Virus record (IMG/VR): IMGVR_UViG_3300010396_000041 | From: a virus | Lineage: Duplodnaviria > Heunggongvirae > Uroviricota > Caudoviricetes | Strand: one strand, 5' to 3' | DNA: 64,000 nucleotides | The notes under the pieces: generated by a model | What the model saw: the letters and a program-made list of their open reading frames with translations, nothing else | Told to the model about the DNA's origin: nothing | Databases searched by the model: none | Made by a program: the position numbers and the translations under genes | Part shown: positions 34,471-42,072 of the stretch, one piece after another | Numbering within the stretch: position 1 is the stretch's first letter | Layout: each line of letters opens with the position of its first letter

Positions 34471-34569
34471 GGGAGGTCCCGCCTGAGATCAAATCGGCTG
34501 GGGTGTCTTGTTTTTGAATTGCGATCAATTGAAGTAACCCCGTCCTGCGCACCAGGCAGGACCTCCCAC
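34471..34569 (-). ncRNA. Y-RNA-like unit C (short, no tRNA-like module)
   Basis: Termini GGGAGGTCC/GGGACCTCCC pair. Same conserved end blocks. Confidence 0.4.
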
Positions 34570-34582
34570 TTTTCCGCGACGG

Positions 34583-34726
34583 GGCGTCCCCGAGATCAAA
34601 TCGGCGACGGGCTTTTTTACTAATGCTCTACCAGCTGAGCTATCCGGCGGCGAGCCGCCGGACTAGGACTCGAACCTAGGACCCTTAGTGCCTCATGAAG
34701 TATCCGTCGCCTGCGCACCGGGAACT
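34583..34726 (-). ncRNA. Y-RNA-like unit D with tRNA-like module (T-arm CCTAGGTTCGAGTCCTAG, loop-closed stem TCCGGCGGC-TCG-CCGCCGGA, D-arm TAGCTCAGCTGGTAGAGC)
   Basis: Manual folding. Confidence 0.45.
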
Positions 34727-34744
34727 CCCTATCAGCGGAATGAG

Positions 34745-34893
34745 GTCTCGCCAGAGATCAAATCGGGGAAGGAGACGTAGCGTGCTATCCATTACACTAC
34801 CCCTGCTTGTTCTGGTGCAGGGGGCGGGAATCGAACCCACTCTGCCGGTTCCGTAGACCGAAGTAGCCTTCTCCTACGCACCTGGCGAACCTC
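34745..34893 (-). ncRNA. Y-RNA-like unit E with tRNA-like module (GGGTTCGATTCCC T-arm, loop-closed CCCCTGC...GCAGGGG, D-arm-like TAGTGTAATGGATAGCAC)
   Basis: Manual folding. Confidence 0.45.
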
Positions 34894-34914
34894 ATATGCA
34901 GTTATCAAGAATCA

Positions 34915-34995
34915 GCCTGGCCAGAGATCATCATGGCTCTGGTGTTGGTTTCTTTAGCGAAGAAGTAACCAGTGCCTTCGCACCTAGCCAGGCAA
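34915..34995 (-). ncRNA. Y-RNA-like unit F (short)
   Basis: Variant end blocks GAGATCATCATGG and GAAGTAACCAGTGCCTTCGCACCTAGCCAGG. Confidence 0.35.
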
Positions 34996-34999
34996 GCTA

Positions 35000-35040
35000 G
35001 CGAGGCGGGGGGCGGAGCGCTTCGGGGTTGCCCCCCGCTC
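35000..35040 (-). other. GC hairpin GCGGGGGGC...GCCCCCCGC between the motif copy and the Y-RNA array (5' leader structure)
   Basis: Seen directly. Confidence 0.35.
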
Positions 35041-35050
35041 CCTGCCTCTG

Positions 35051-35065
35051 AAAGTAGCGTAGCAC
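35051..35065 (-). promoter_or_regulatory. conserved motif variant AAAGTAGCGTAGCAC heading the Y-RNA array/rsr unit
   Basis: Only copy followed by noncoding RNAs rather than an RBS. Confidence 0.5.
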
Positions 35066-35195
35066 AGCGCCAGAGCGCCCCGCCAATCGCTTTAGCGCCT
35101 ACCCCGCACGCCCCGCGTCCCGAGCGCTCTAAGCCCCCTCTCCGAGGCTCCCAGCGCCCTTCTCCCGCCCTGCCGCGCCCCGGGCATAGCGAGAG

Positions 35196-35216
35196 CCCAC
35201 GGGCGCGACCCGTGGA
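35196..35216 (-). terminator. hairpin CCACGGGCGCGACCCGTGG
   Basis: Follows the stop at 35237. Confidence 0.4.
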
Positions 35217-35236
35217 CTCTCAGAGCTCGATTGTAC

Positions 35237-35515
35237 TTACAGCTGGTTGGGCAGGCGCCCTATCGCCTCTAGCCGAGCCAGCGCCAGGCGCGAAGCGCGG
35301 GTGCGCAGCGGCCCCAGGAACTCCCGCGCCCGGTCCAGATTCTCGTTCGCCTCGATGGTCTTGCCCACCTTGATCCAGTCGGCTGCCGAATTCAGGTACA
35401 GATGGCAGACCCACAGGGTCACCTTCGCGCGTTCTCGCCTGGCCGAGCTGGAGGCGGTGGCGAGTTCTTCGCTCGCCCCCTCCAGCTCGATCAGCGTGGT
35501 CTGACGGCGGGTCAC
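35237..35515 (-). CDS. PLRTR-tail family divergent member (92 aa)
   Basis: C-terminus REFLGPLRTRASRLALARLEAIGRL. ATGA-coupled to the upstream paralog. Confidence 0.5.
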   Translation of the reverse strand: MTRRQTTLIELEGASEELATASSSARRERAKVTLWVCHLYLNSAADWIKVGKTIEANENLDRAREFLGPLRTRASRLALARLEAIGRLPNQL

Positions 35516-36069
35516 AGCAGACCCAGCGTCTTGATGTCCTTGATCGCCTTGGTGCTCACGCGGGTGCGCAGGGGACTGAGGATCTTGTGGGCGACGTGCA
35601 GGCGGACGTTCGCGTCGCCGTTGACCCCGCGCAGCAGGAACCCGCGCGCCAAGCGCACCTCGTGGGCGGCGCTGGCCAGCTGCGACTCGGCCTCGTAGGT
35701 GCGGGCGCGCTTCGAGCCGTCCATGAGCGCGAGGAACATCTGATCCAGCTTCTCCATCGCCGCCGCCTTCAGCGCGCTCGGCTGGTGCTCGGCGATGGCT
35801 TCCAGCGCCTCGGTCACCTGCCCGTCGGGCACCTCCTGCGGGTAGAAGCAGTTGAAGACCTGGTCCCAGTCGGCGAGCTCCAGCGTCGAGGTGCGCAGGT
35901 TGGACTTGTCGCGCAGGTACTGCTTCGCGTTGATCTCGAACGCGGCGCGCTCGGTGCCCATGTGCTCGAAGGCACGGCCGTAGCGGGAGCTGCGGTCGGC
36001 GCCTCCGTCGGGCCAGAAGTCCATGTCGAGGTTGCGGATCACCGCGCGGGTGGCGCCCTTGTTCGCCAT
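35512..36069 (-). CDS. PLRTR-tail family paralog 5 (185 aa)
   Basis: ORF 35512..36147 from M27. C-terminus HKILSPLRTRVSTKAIKDIKTLGLL. AAAGGAGA RBS. Confidence 0.6.
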   Translation of the reverse strand: MANKGATRAVIRNLDMDFWPDGGADRSSRYGRAFEHMGTERAAFEINAKQYLRDKSNLRTSTLELADWDQVFNCFYPQEVPDGQVTEALEAIAEHQPSALKAAAMEKLDQMFLALMDGSKRARTYEAESQLASAAHEVRLARGFLLRGVNGDANVRLHVAHKILSPLRTRVSTKAIKDIKTLGLL

Positions 36070-36106
36070 GATCGTCTCCTTTCTGTGGGCTGGTCTCTCC
36101 AGCCTA

Positions 36107-36121
36107 TGAGTAACGTAGCAG
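36107..36121 (-). promoter_or_regulatory. conserved motif TGAGTAACGTAGCAG
   Basis: 38 nt upstream of ATG 36069. Confidence 0.55.
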
Positions 36122-36210
36122 AGCGCGCGGGAGGTGGCACCATTCACTTCGCCGCCCCCTCAAAGTGAATGAGCCCGCCCCCGTGCTGGGGGCGGGCTCG
36201 GCGACCTGTC

Positions 36211-36708
36211 TTACAGGGCCTTGATCATGTGAATCGCCTTCAGGGCGACCCGGGTGCGGATCGGGTAGAGCGTCTTGCGCGCGTCGTCGAGCTGGCCCGC
36301 CTTCAGCTGCCCGGCCGCCTTGGTCAGCACCGTCTTGGACACGTCGGTCTTCGCGGTCTGCACCCCGCCGAGCACGAACTGGATGATCTCGGCGACCGCC
36401 GAGGGCACTTCGGGCTTCGCGGCCTTGCGGATGCGCTTGGCCGGAGCCTTGGGCGCCTCGACGACCGGCTCGGCCGGGGTCTCGGCGACCCTCGCCTGCG
36501 CCTTGGCCTCGTTCTTCGCGCACATCTGGCAGAAGCGACCGCCCTTGGCCATCAGCCGCTCGACCTCGGCGGGGGTGATGTGCTTGCCGCTGACGTCGCC
36601 GTAGCCCCGAGAGACCATGGAACGCGAGGCGGTGGGGCAGTAGGTCGTGTGGACGGTGCCGGTGCCGGTGAGGATGGCGTACTCGTTGTTCTGGCCGTCG
36701 ATCATCAT
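36211..36708 (-). CDS. PLRTR-tail family paralog 6 (165 aa)
   Basis: ORF 36211..36807 from M34. C-terminus DARKTLYPIRTRVALKAIHMIKAL. AGGAGGAAG RBS. Confidence 0.6.
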   Translation of the reverse strand: MMIDGQNNEYAILTGTGTVHTTYCPTASRSMVSRGYGDVSGKHITPAEVERLMAKGGRFCQMCAKNEAKAQARVAETPAEPVVEAPKAPAKRIRKAAKPEVPSAVAEIIQFVLGGVQTAKTDVSKTVLTKAAGQLKAGQLDDARKTLYPIRTRVALKAIHMIKAL

Positions 36709-36748
36709 CTGAATCTTCCTCCTGTTCGGGGCCCGTCTCTCGGGCACA

Positions 36749-36763
36749 TGAGTAATGTAGCAC
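36749..36763 (-). promoter_or_regulatory. conserved motif TGAGTAATGTAGCAC
   Basis: 41 nt upstream of ATG 36708. Confidence 0.55.
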
Positions 36764-36806
36764 AGCCGCAAGAGATGCCGCACCCCCATCTTGAACAGGG
36801 GAAACA

Positions 36807-37196
36807 CTACTTCGTGCGCTCCGGGCGGTCAGGATCAATCGAGACAGTCAGCCACACCCCGTGCAGCTCGAACGCCCTTAACTGGGCAAACATCGCCAGC
36901 TTGAACGCGTCCTCATACGAGTAGCACAGCAGGTGAAGGTCATCGCCCCACGGGACCACCACATTCACCATGTAGTCCTCCCGCAGCACCTTCGGCTCCT
37001 TCGGCGCCGGAAAGAAGATCGAGCCCATCGCCAGCAGCGTGCAGTACCCGCCCAGTGCAGCGATCACCACTGAAACCCGGGTGCCGCCATCCCACGCCGT
37101 GCCCCAAGCCCAGTAAGCGCCAGCGCCGCACAAGCCAGTGACGAACCCCATATAGCCATACGCCTGCCAGGGGCGTCGCCAGGCTGGGTACTTCAT
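36807..37196 (-). CDS. membrane protein (129 aa)
   Basis: ORF 36807..37445 from M84. AAAGGAGG RBS. W/G-rich TM helices. Confidence 0.5.
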   Translation of the reverse strand: MKYPAWRRPWQAYGYMGFVTGLCGAGAYWAWGTAWDGGTRVSVVIAALGGYCTLLAMGSIFFPAPKEPKVLREDYMVNVVVPWGDDLHLLCYSYEDAFKLAMFAQLRAFELHGVWLTVSIDPDRPERTK

Positions 37197-37287
37197 GATC
37201 AAACCTCCTTTCCGTTCCGGACCTTCCGGACTAGGCGGGCGCCGCCCCCCGGGGGGAAAGGGGGCGGTTCCCACCTGGCCCGTTCTG

Positions 37288-37638
37288 TCAGCAGGCCAAG
37301 CCTTCCGGCGAGAAGCGCACCGGCAGTTCATACAGTCGAGGGCTGAAGTCGTACACCCGCACCCCGCCATCGTCCGAGGCGGGCGCGAGCACTTCTGCCA
37401 CCACCAGCTCACGCACCACGCGGGCCATCGCATCCTCCCGGTCAAGGCGGCGCAGCGCTTCGGTCAGCGCGTCCTCGGGCACCTCGACCGGCCCGGTGAC
37501 CTTGCGTGCCTCAGCACACTGATCCCGCCGCGCCTCAGCCAGGCCCCAATACTCGGCCATCGCCTCTCGTCCTTCCTGCGTGCCCGCCAGCGCGACAGCG
37601 CGTTCGTAGGCTGCTTGCAGGTCGTCCTCAGTCACCAT
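37288..37638 (-). CDS. hypothetical protein (116 aa)
   Basis: ORF 37288..37761 from M42. Confidence 0.5.
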   Translation of the reverse strand: MVTEDDLQAAYERAVALAGTQEGREAMAEYWGLAEARRDQCAEARKVTGPVEVPEDALTEALRRLDREDAMARVVRELVVAEVLAPASDDGGVRVYDFSPRLYELPVRFSPEGLAC

Positions 37639-37643
37639 GGCGA

Positions 37644-38027
37644 TCACCGGTTCGGGATGTCGATCGGGTCCATCGGCAGCAGCGTGAAGCCGATGATCGT
37701 GACAGTCCTGGGGTCGCTCACGCGCACCTCGGCGGCGATCTCGTCGCGCATGCGCATGCACAGGTGCGCGGTGGTCTCACCCTCCTGTACCCGCAGCGCA
37801 CCGAAGGAGCTGTGCAGCCGGTGCACCCCAGCGCCCTCAGTCAGCGGGTAGGACACCTGCGCCTGGTAGAGCAGCCAGAGCACCGAGCGGAACTCCCGGC
37901 GGCAGTCGAGGCAGTCGACGTCGCTGTAGGTGGTGCTGGCGCCTTCAGAGGCGACCTCTTCCGGGTCGAACGGTTCGCCAAGCAGGGTGCAGACTGCGGC
38001 GGAGTTGTCGAAGAACTTCAAGTGCAC
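37644..38027 (-). CDS. hypothetical protein (127 aa)
   Basis: ORF track. GTG start with GAGGGAGG RBS. Confidence 0.5.
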   Translation of the reverse strand: MHLKFFDNSAAVCTLLGEPFDPEEVASEGASTTYSDVDCLDCRREFRSVLWLLYQAQVSYPLTEGAGVHRLHSSFGALRVQEGETTAHLCMRMRDEIAAEVRVSDPRTVTIIGFTLLPMDPIDIPNR

Positions 38028-38065
38028 GGTGCCTCCCTCGCTGTTTGCCCGGACCGTCCGGACTA

Positions 38066-38085
38066 GCCGAGCGCCACCCGGTGGG
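38066..38085 (-). terminator. palindrome CCACCCGGTGGGTGG
   Basis: Follows the stop at 38109. Confidence 0.4.
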
Positions 38086-38108
38086 TGGTTCTCAGCTGAC
38101 CCGGACAG

Positions 38109-38396
38109 TTACCGGCACATCGCGTAGGCGAGCAGCGGGACCTGGATCGTGATCGGCTCGTTGAAGGTGCGCATCGCGCCGGTCGGCATCGGGTCGCGCA
38201 TCAGCGCATAGGAGCCGAGGTTGGTGGTGTCGATGAACTCGGCGGCCTGGAGCAGGGTGGGGAACTCGATGTCGACGATGCCGTTCTGGTCGGTGCCGCC
38301 GTGGCGTACGCCGTTGTAGATCTGGGCGGCGGTGGACAGGTCGGTGAGCAGCTGCTCCTCGGCGGCCTTGGCGCGCTCGTTGATGTCGGTGGCCAT
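38109..38396 (-). CDS. hypothetical protein (95 aa)
   Basis: ORF 38109..38813 from M140. AAAGGAGAA RBS. Confidence 0.55.
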   Translation of the reverse strand: MATDINERAKAAEEQLLTDLSTAAQIYNGVRHGGTDQNGIVDIEFPTLLQAAEFIDTTNLGSYALMRDPMPTGAMRTFNEPITIQVPLLAYAMCR

Positions 38397-38431
38397 GGGG
38401 GTTCTCCTTTCGGGGCCCGTACCTCGGGCTA

Positions 38432-38446
38432 TGAGTAACGTAGCAT
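38432..38446 (-). promoter_or_regulatory. conserved motif TGAGTAACGTAGCAT
   Basis: 36 nt upstream of ATG 38396. Confidence 0.6.
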
Positions 38447-38477
38447 GCCTGACGGGGGAGGGGAACCCCCCGGAAGG

Positions 38478-38512
38478 GACAGGGCCCCGGGTAATGCCCC
38501 CCGGGGCCCTGC
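38478..38512 (-). terminator. 10-bp GC hairpin GGGCCCCGGG...CCCGGGGCCC
   Basis: Follows the stop at 38519. Confidence 0.5.
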
Positions 38513-38518
38513 TTGGCG

Positions 38519-38683
38519 CTACTTGCGGCGCCGCTCGACGGCGGCAGCCGCGTCGGCGACGTCCACCTTGGCGTTGGCCACCGCGATGGTGTCGGGGTCG
38601 GCGTTGTCGAGCATCGCCTGCGCCCGCTCCAGGTGCGCGTCGGCCTGGGCCGGGGTGGTCTCGCCCCGGTTGTCGGTGGGCAT
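38519..38683 (-). CDS. hypothetical protein (54 aa)
   Basis: ORF 38519..38758 from M26. GAGAGGAGA RBS. Confidence 0.5.
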   Translation of the reverse strand: MPTDNRGETTPAQADAHLERAQAMLDNADPDTIAVANAKVDVADAAAAVERRRK

Positions 38684-38723
38684 ATGGTCTCCTCTCGTTC
38701 GCGCTCGACAGTTCCGAGCGATA

Positions 38724-38738
38724 CGAGTAACGTAGCAT
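38724..38738 (-). promoter_or_regulatory. conserved motif variant CGAGTAACGTAGCAT
   Basis: 41 nt upstream of ATG 38683. Confidence 0.55.
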
Positions 38739-38764
38739 AGGGCTGCGAGGGGCGGCACGTCCCC

Positions 38765-39226
38765 CTACCAGCGCCGACGCCACCAGAACCCATGGCAGCG
38801 AACCGCCCCGCACATGTCGCAGTGCTCATGCCCAAAGCACTGATCCGCCGAGAACCCACATCCATCAGTGCAATCACGCAGACACCGCCGAGGTTCGCCA
38901 TGCCGCGTCGGACAGGCAGAGATCGGCCCCAGCCACGCCACGATCCGCCCCTGCCTGATGTACATCTGAGCCAGCGTCTTGCTATTGAGCTTCCAATGCT
39001 CCAGATCCTTCTGGAGCCTGCGCACCCACGCCAGGTGTGCCGTCGCCTCCGCCCGCGCCGCCGTCACCTGACCAGTCAGACGGGCACAACGAGCCCTCTC
39101 CGTGGCCAGAGCCTCCTCCGCCCTCTCACGGGCAAGCCGCTCCGCTTTCAGCTCGGCAACCGCGCTCTCCGCCCGCTCCCGCCAGGCATCCCGGCGGCGG
39201 GTCATCTCCTCAACGCCGGTCATCAT
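38765..39226 (-). CDS. coiled-coil protein with Cys/His-rich C-terminus (about 153 aa)
   Basis: ORF 38765..39259; start likely M12 (GGAGGA RBS). C-terminal CLRDCTDGCGFSADQCFGHEHCDMCGAVRCHG. Confidence 0.5.
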   Translation of the reverse strand: MMTGVEEMTRRRDAWRERAESAVAELKAERLARERAEEALATERARCARLTGQVTAARAEATAHLAWVRRLQKDLEHWKLNSKTLAQMYIRQGRIVAWLGPISACPTRHGEPRRCLRDCTDGCGFSADQCFGHEHCDMCGAVRCHGFWWRRRW

Positions 39227-39467
39227 CCATCCTCCACCGTGCGTCATAGCGCTCAGCACACCTCTTACACTGCTTCATCCGCCACCAATGCGGGTTATCG
39301 CTATTGACCTCACTGTCATACGGGCTGACGACCAATGATCGGTAAAACTCGCCGACCTTAATCGAACGAGCATCGCAAGGGTCACACCAGTGCGGCTTAC
39401 GTGCCTTGCGGACCGTCGCCTTGATCACGGCGCCTCGTACAGCTCGTAGCGCACCTTCTGAAGCCAC
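39210..39467 (-). CDS. hypothetical Cys-containing protein (85 aa)
   Basis: ORF track. Confidence 0.5.
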   Translation of the reverse strand: MASEGALRAVRGAVIKATVRKARKPHWCDPCDARSIKVGEFYRSLVVSPYDSEVNSDNPHWWRMKQCKRCAERYDARWRMDDDRR

Positions 39468-40108
39468 TGCTCGATCATCCAGAAGTCAGGCTCCTGCGGC
39501 AGCACCGTCGTAGCGCGCTTGAACGCCTCCTCAGCCGTCGCCATGAACGGCACCGCCGCCTGCGGGTCCTTCTCCACCGCCTCCCCGAAATCCCGGTACC
39601 GCTGCGGGTCAGCCAGACGCACTGTCAGCTCGCCCGTGGTGTAAAGCGAGAACCCTTGATCCACCAGGCGCATCAGATGACGGGCGTGCTTGGCCACCCG
39701 ACGCTCCGGAACATCACTGTCGAACTTCCCCCGGTTCAGCAGTCTGCGGAATTGCTCGGTGGCGTACCCCAGGTACGCGCCCTTGACCCGGTGAGCGCAC
39801 AGGAACGAGCTACGAATCCCGATCAGTTCAGAACCCAGCGGCGTGGTGACCTCGTACTCCTCCAGCCACAAGATCTCATTGACCGTCGGGTTCCCACCCA
39901 GCAGCAGCCGCACCGCCTTCCCAGCCTCGTGCAGGCAGATATCCGGGTCGTGCGAGTCCAGGGTGCTCTTCGGCACCACCAGCCCAAGCAGCCGGGAAGT
40001 GGGCCAAGCGAAGATCCCGAGCCGGTCCACGTCCGACTCCGGGGTCGCCAGCCCATATGCGGTCGAACCGACCACGCCCTGAAGCAGGACCTGCTCTCTC
40101 ACCTTCAC
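39425..40108 (-). CDS. nucleotidyltransferase-fold protein (Pol-beta-like NTase), about 227 aa
   Basis: GSTAYGLATPESDVD matches the GS-x9-13-[DE]x[DE] NTase signature. GTG start with GGAGG RBS (ORF 39425..40222 trimmed). Confidence 0.6.
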   Translation of the reverse strand: MKVREQVLLQGVVGSTAYGLATPESDVDRLGIFAWPTSRLLGLVVPKSTLDSHDPDICLHEAGKAVRLLLGGNPTVNEILWLEEYEVTTPLGSELIGIRSSFLCAHRVKGAYLGYATEQFRRLLNRGKFDSDVPERRVAKHARHLMRLVDQGFSLYTTGELTVRLADPQRYRDFGEAVEKDPQAAVPFMATAEEAFKRATTVLPQEPDFWMIEQWLQKVRYELYEAP

Positions 40109-40695
40109 GGCGCCTCCTTCGCCAACTCGATCAGCTGCTCCTGCGACACCGGCGTGTAATCCCACTGGTCCACCCCTACGTTGATCATCAGCGTGCCTGC
40201 CTCGGTACGCTTGGTTTTCCATGCCTCATGCACATGCCCGCACAGCAGAAGCTTGCCGTCGTCCTCTAGACGCTGCTCGCTGTAACGTTCGGTCCTGGTG
40301 TGATCCCCCGTCCCGCGATACGGCAGATGTGCGATATTCACGCGATCCCGACCAAGCGCGTAGCCCACGGCGGTGCCTTCGGTGTGGATGATGGAGAACC
40401 CTGCCTCCATGTACTCCCGTACCCACCGCTTCCACCGCTTGTGATACTCCCAGCAGGCGTCGTGGTTCCCGGCGACCAGGATCTTCGTTCCGTTCAAGCG
40501 GTTGACGTTGAGCAGACCAGGGCGCCCGATCGCAACGTCGCCGAGCACCCACACCATGTCCTCGGGAGCGACCACCTGGTTCCAGCGGTAGACCATCTCG
40601 TCGTTCATCTGCGTCACCGTCTTGAACGGCCGGTAGCACAACTCGATGATCCGCTCGTGGCCGAAGTGATGGTCCGAGGTGTAGAACACGTTCAT
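40105..40695 (-). CDS. calcineurin-like metallophosphoesterase (196 aa)
   Basis: GDVAIG...GNHD...GHVH motifs. ATGA-coupled to the NTase gene. Confidence 0.8.
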   Translation of the reverse strand: MNVFYTSDHHFGHERIIELCYRPFKTVTQMNDEMVYRWNQVVAPEDMVWVLGDVAIGRPGLLNVNRLNGTKILVAGNHDACWEYHKRWKRWVREYMEAGFSIIHTEGTAVGYALGRDRVNIAHLPYRGTGDHTRTERYSEQRLEDDGKLLLCGHVHEAWKTKRTEAGTLMINVGVDQWDYTPVSQEQLIELAKEAP

Positions 40696-41021
40696 CCCTG
40701 CTTACCCTCCCTCTTCTCCTTACGCTCCCGCGCCGCCTTCGCCTTCGAGTAGCGGTCCCAGCGGTTGAGCTTGTGCGGCCTGGTGCGCTGATACTCCCGG
40801 TTCGCGGTCGTGCACAGCTCACACCGGCACTTCCAGTTGACATAGCCGTTGTATGTTCCATGTGGAACAAGCTCCGGGTTCGCCTCGGTGATCGCCTTCT
40901 GCTTCTCCCGGCGCTCCCGCGATGCCCTAGCTGCCGCAGCCCTGCACTCCTGACAGCGACAGCCCTTCGTGTACATCGACCGGGTGCCGTGCTCAGCAGT
41001 GCCTTTCTTGCCCGCCGCCAT
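40692..41021 (-). CDS. tandem CRC-motif zinc-ribbon protein (109 aa)
   Basis: HGTRSMYTKGCRCQEC and HGTYNGYVNWKCRCELC; K/R-rich tail. Confidence 0.55.
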   Translation of the reverse strand: MAAGKKGTAEHGTRSMYTKGCRCQECRAAAARASRERREKQKAITEANPELVPHGTYNGYVNWKCRCELCTTANREYQRTRPHKLNRWDRYSKAKAARERKEKREGKQG

Positions 41022-41280
41022 CCCGCTTCTCCCTCCGCTTCCTGTTCCCGATGCTGCCCACCGCCTTGCAGCGCTCGCAGCGGCACCCCCAGTTGAAGTA
41101 GCCGCTATCAGTACCGTGCGGAACCCGGGAGTCGCCAGCGGCGACCATTGCCGTGCGCTGCGCCCGGTAGTGCTTCATGCGGTCCGAGTGGCCTGCCTTG
41201 CATGCCTCGCACCGGCAGCCCTTGGCGTAGGCGGAAGGAGTGCCGTGCTTCAGGTCACGCTCTTTCTTCACGCGAGCCAT
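40993..41280 (-). CDS. tandem CRC-motif zinc-ribbon protein (95 aa)
   Basis: ORF 40993..41304 from M9. HGTPSAYAKGCRCEAC, HGTDSGYFNWGCRCERC. Confidence 0.55.
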   Translation of the reverse strand: MARVKKERDLKHGTPSAYAKGCRCEACKAGHSDRMKHYRAQRTAMVAAGDSRVPHGTDSGYFNWGCRCERCKAVGSIGNRKRREKRDGGGQERHC

Positions 41281-41447
41281 CCGTCCTTCACCAGCTCGTA
41301 GCACAAGTCGAGTCGTACTACGAGGTCAGGGTCAAGGTATTTCGACCAGTCGACCTTCTCGCCGCACGCCCCGCAGGTGGCCCCTTCGCCAGGGACGACC
41401 TCGATCTCACACGTCGGGTGCCAGCAGGCGCCTATCTCTTGTCCCAT
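41268..41447 (-). CDS. Cys-rich mini-protein (59 aa)
   Basis: Manual: MGQEIGACWHPTCEIEVVPGEGATCGACGEKVDWSKYLDP... Confidence 0.4.
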   Translation of the reverse strand: MGQEIGACWHPTCEIEVVPGEGATCGACGEKVDWSKYLDPDLVVRLDLCYELVKDGWLA

Positions 41448-41863
41448 CCAAGATCACGCTCCATCAGCTCGATCTCCTTCGCCTTCTCCTGCGCTGCCGC
41501 CTCCCGCTGGCGCTTCGAGCTACGCCCCGACCCTGTCGCGAACCGCGCCACGCCCTTAAGCCACCAGCGCGACCCGATGAACATCCACGCCAGCGGCCAG
41601 AAGAACCCAAATACTGACGCGCCGATCAAATCGCTTTTGTGCTCGTTCTTCTGATAGTGGCGCTGTGCTTCAGAAAGGTTCGGGAACTTCTGGCGGTACT
41701 GAACGCTCCCGCCCCAGGTGCGACCATCAGGCACGTGAATGCCGCACTCCAGGTAGTTGTCGATCGTCACTGAACGCCACAGCCCGTAGAGGTACCGCGT
41801 CGTGAGAAGGCTGGCGCCGCCCTGCGCGGCCACCAGCCCAAGCACGAGTAAAGCAGTGCTCAT
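41432..41863 (-). CDS. membrane protein (about 143 aa)
   Basis: ORF 41432..41890, likely from M10. Confidence 0.5.
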   Translation of the reverse strand: MSTALLVLGLVAAQGGASLLTTRYLYGLWRSVTIDNYLECGIHVPDGRTWGGSVQYRQKFPNLSEAQRHYQKNEHKSDLIGASVFGFFWPLAWMFIGSRWWLKGVARFATGSGRSSKRQREAAAQEKAKEIELMERDLGWDKR

Positions 41864-42072
41864 CGCACCCCCAGGCCTTTGTAAAGCCACTCGATTGCCG
41901 CACCGACTCGATCATCCAGGTAGAACGGGTCGATACCTGCTTCCCGCATCCGGTTGGCCAGCTCCACATCCAACGTGCTGACCGCGTTGAACAGAGCCTG
42001 ACCCACCCGATACTGCGGGTAGCGTTCCAACATCTCCCGCCACAGGTTGAAGATCTCTTCCATCGAGTTCAT
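41860..42072 (-). CDS. hypothetical protein (70 aa)
   Basis: ORF track. Confidence 0.5.
   Translation of the reverse strand: MNSMEEIFNLWREMLERYPQYRVGQALFNAVSTLDVELANRMREAGIDPFYLDDRVGAAIEWLYKGLGVR

Noticed and set aside
34172-34995. Possible CRISPR array (recurrent GAGATCAAATCG and GAAGTAAC blocks)
   Set aside because: Units vary from about 80 to 150 bp with no fixed repeat/spacer periodicity. They contain tRNA-like T-arms and terminal pairing and sit next to an rsr gene, so Y-RNA-like ncRNAs are the better reading. No cas genes in the window.
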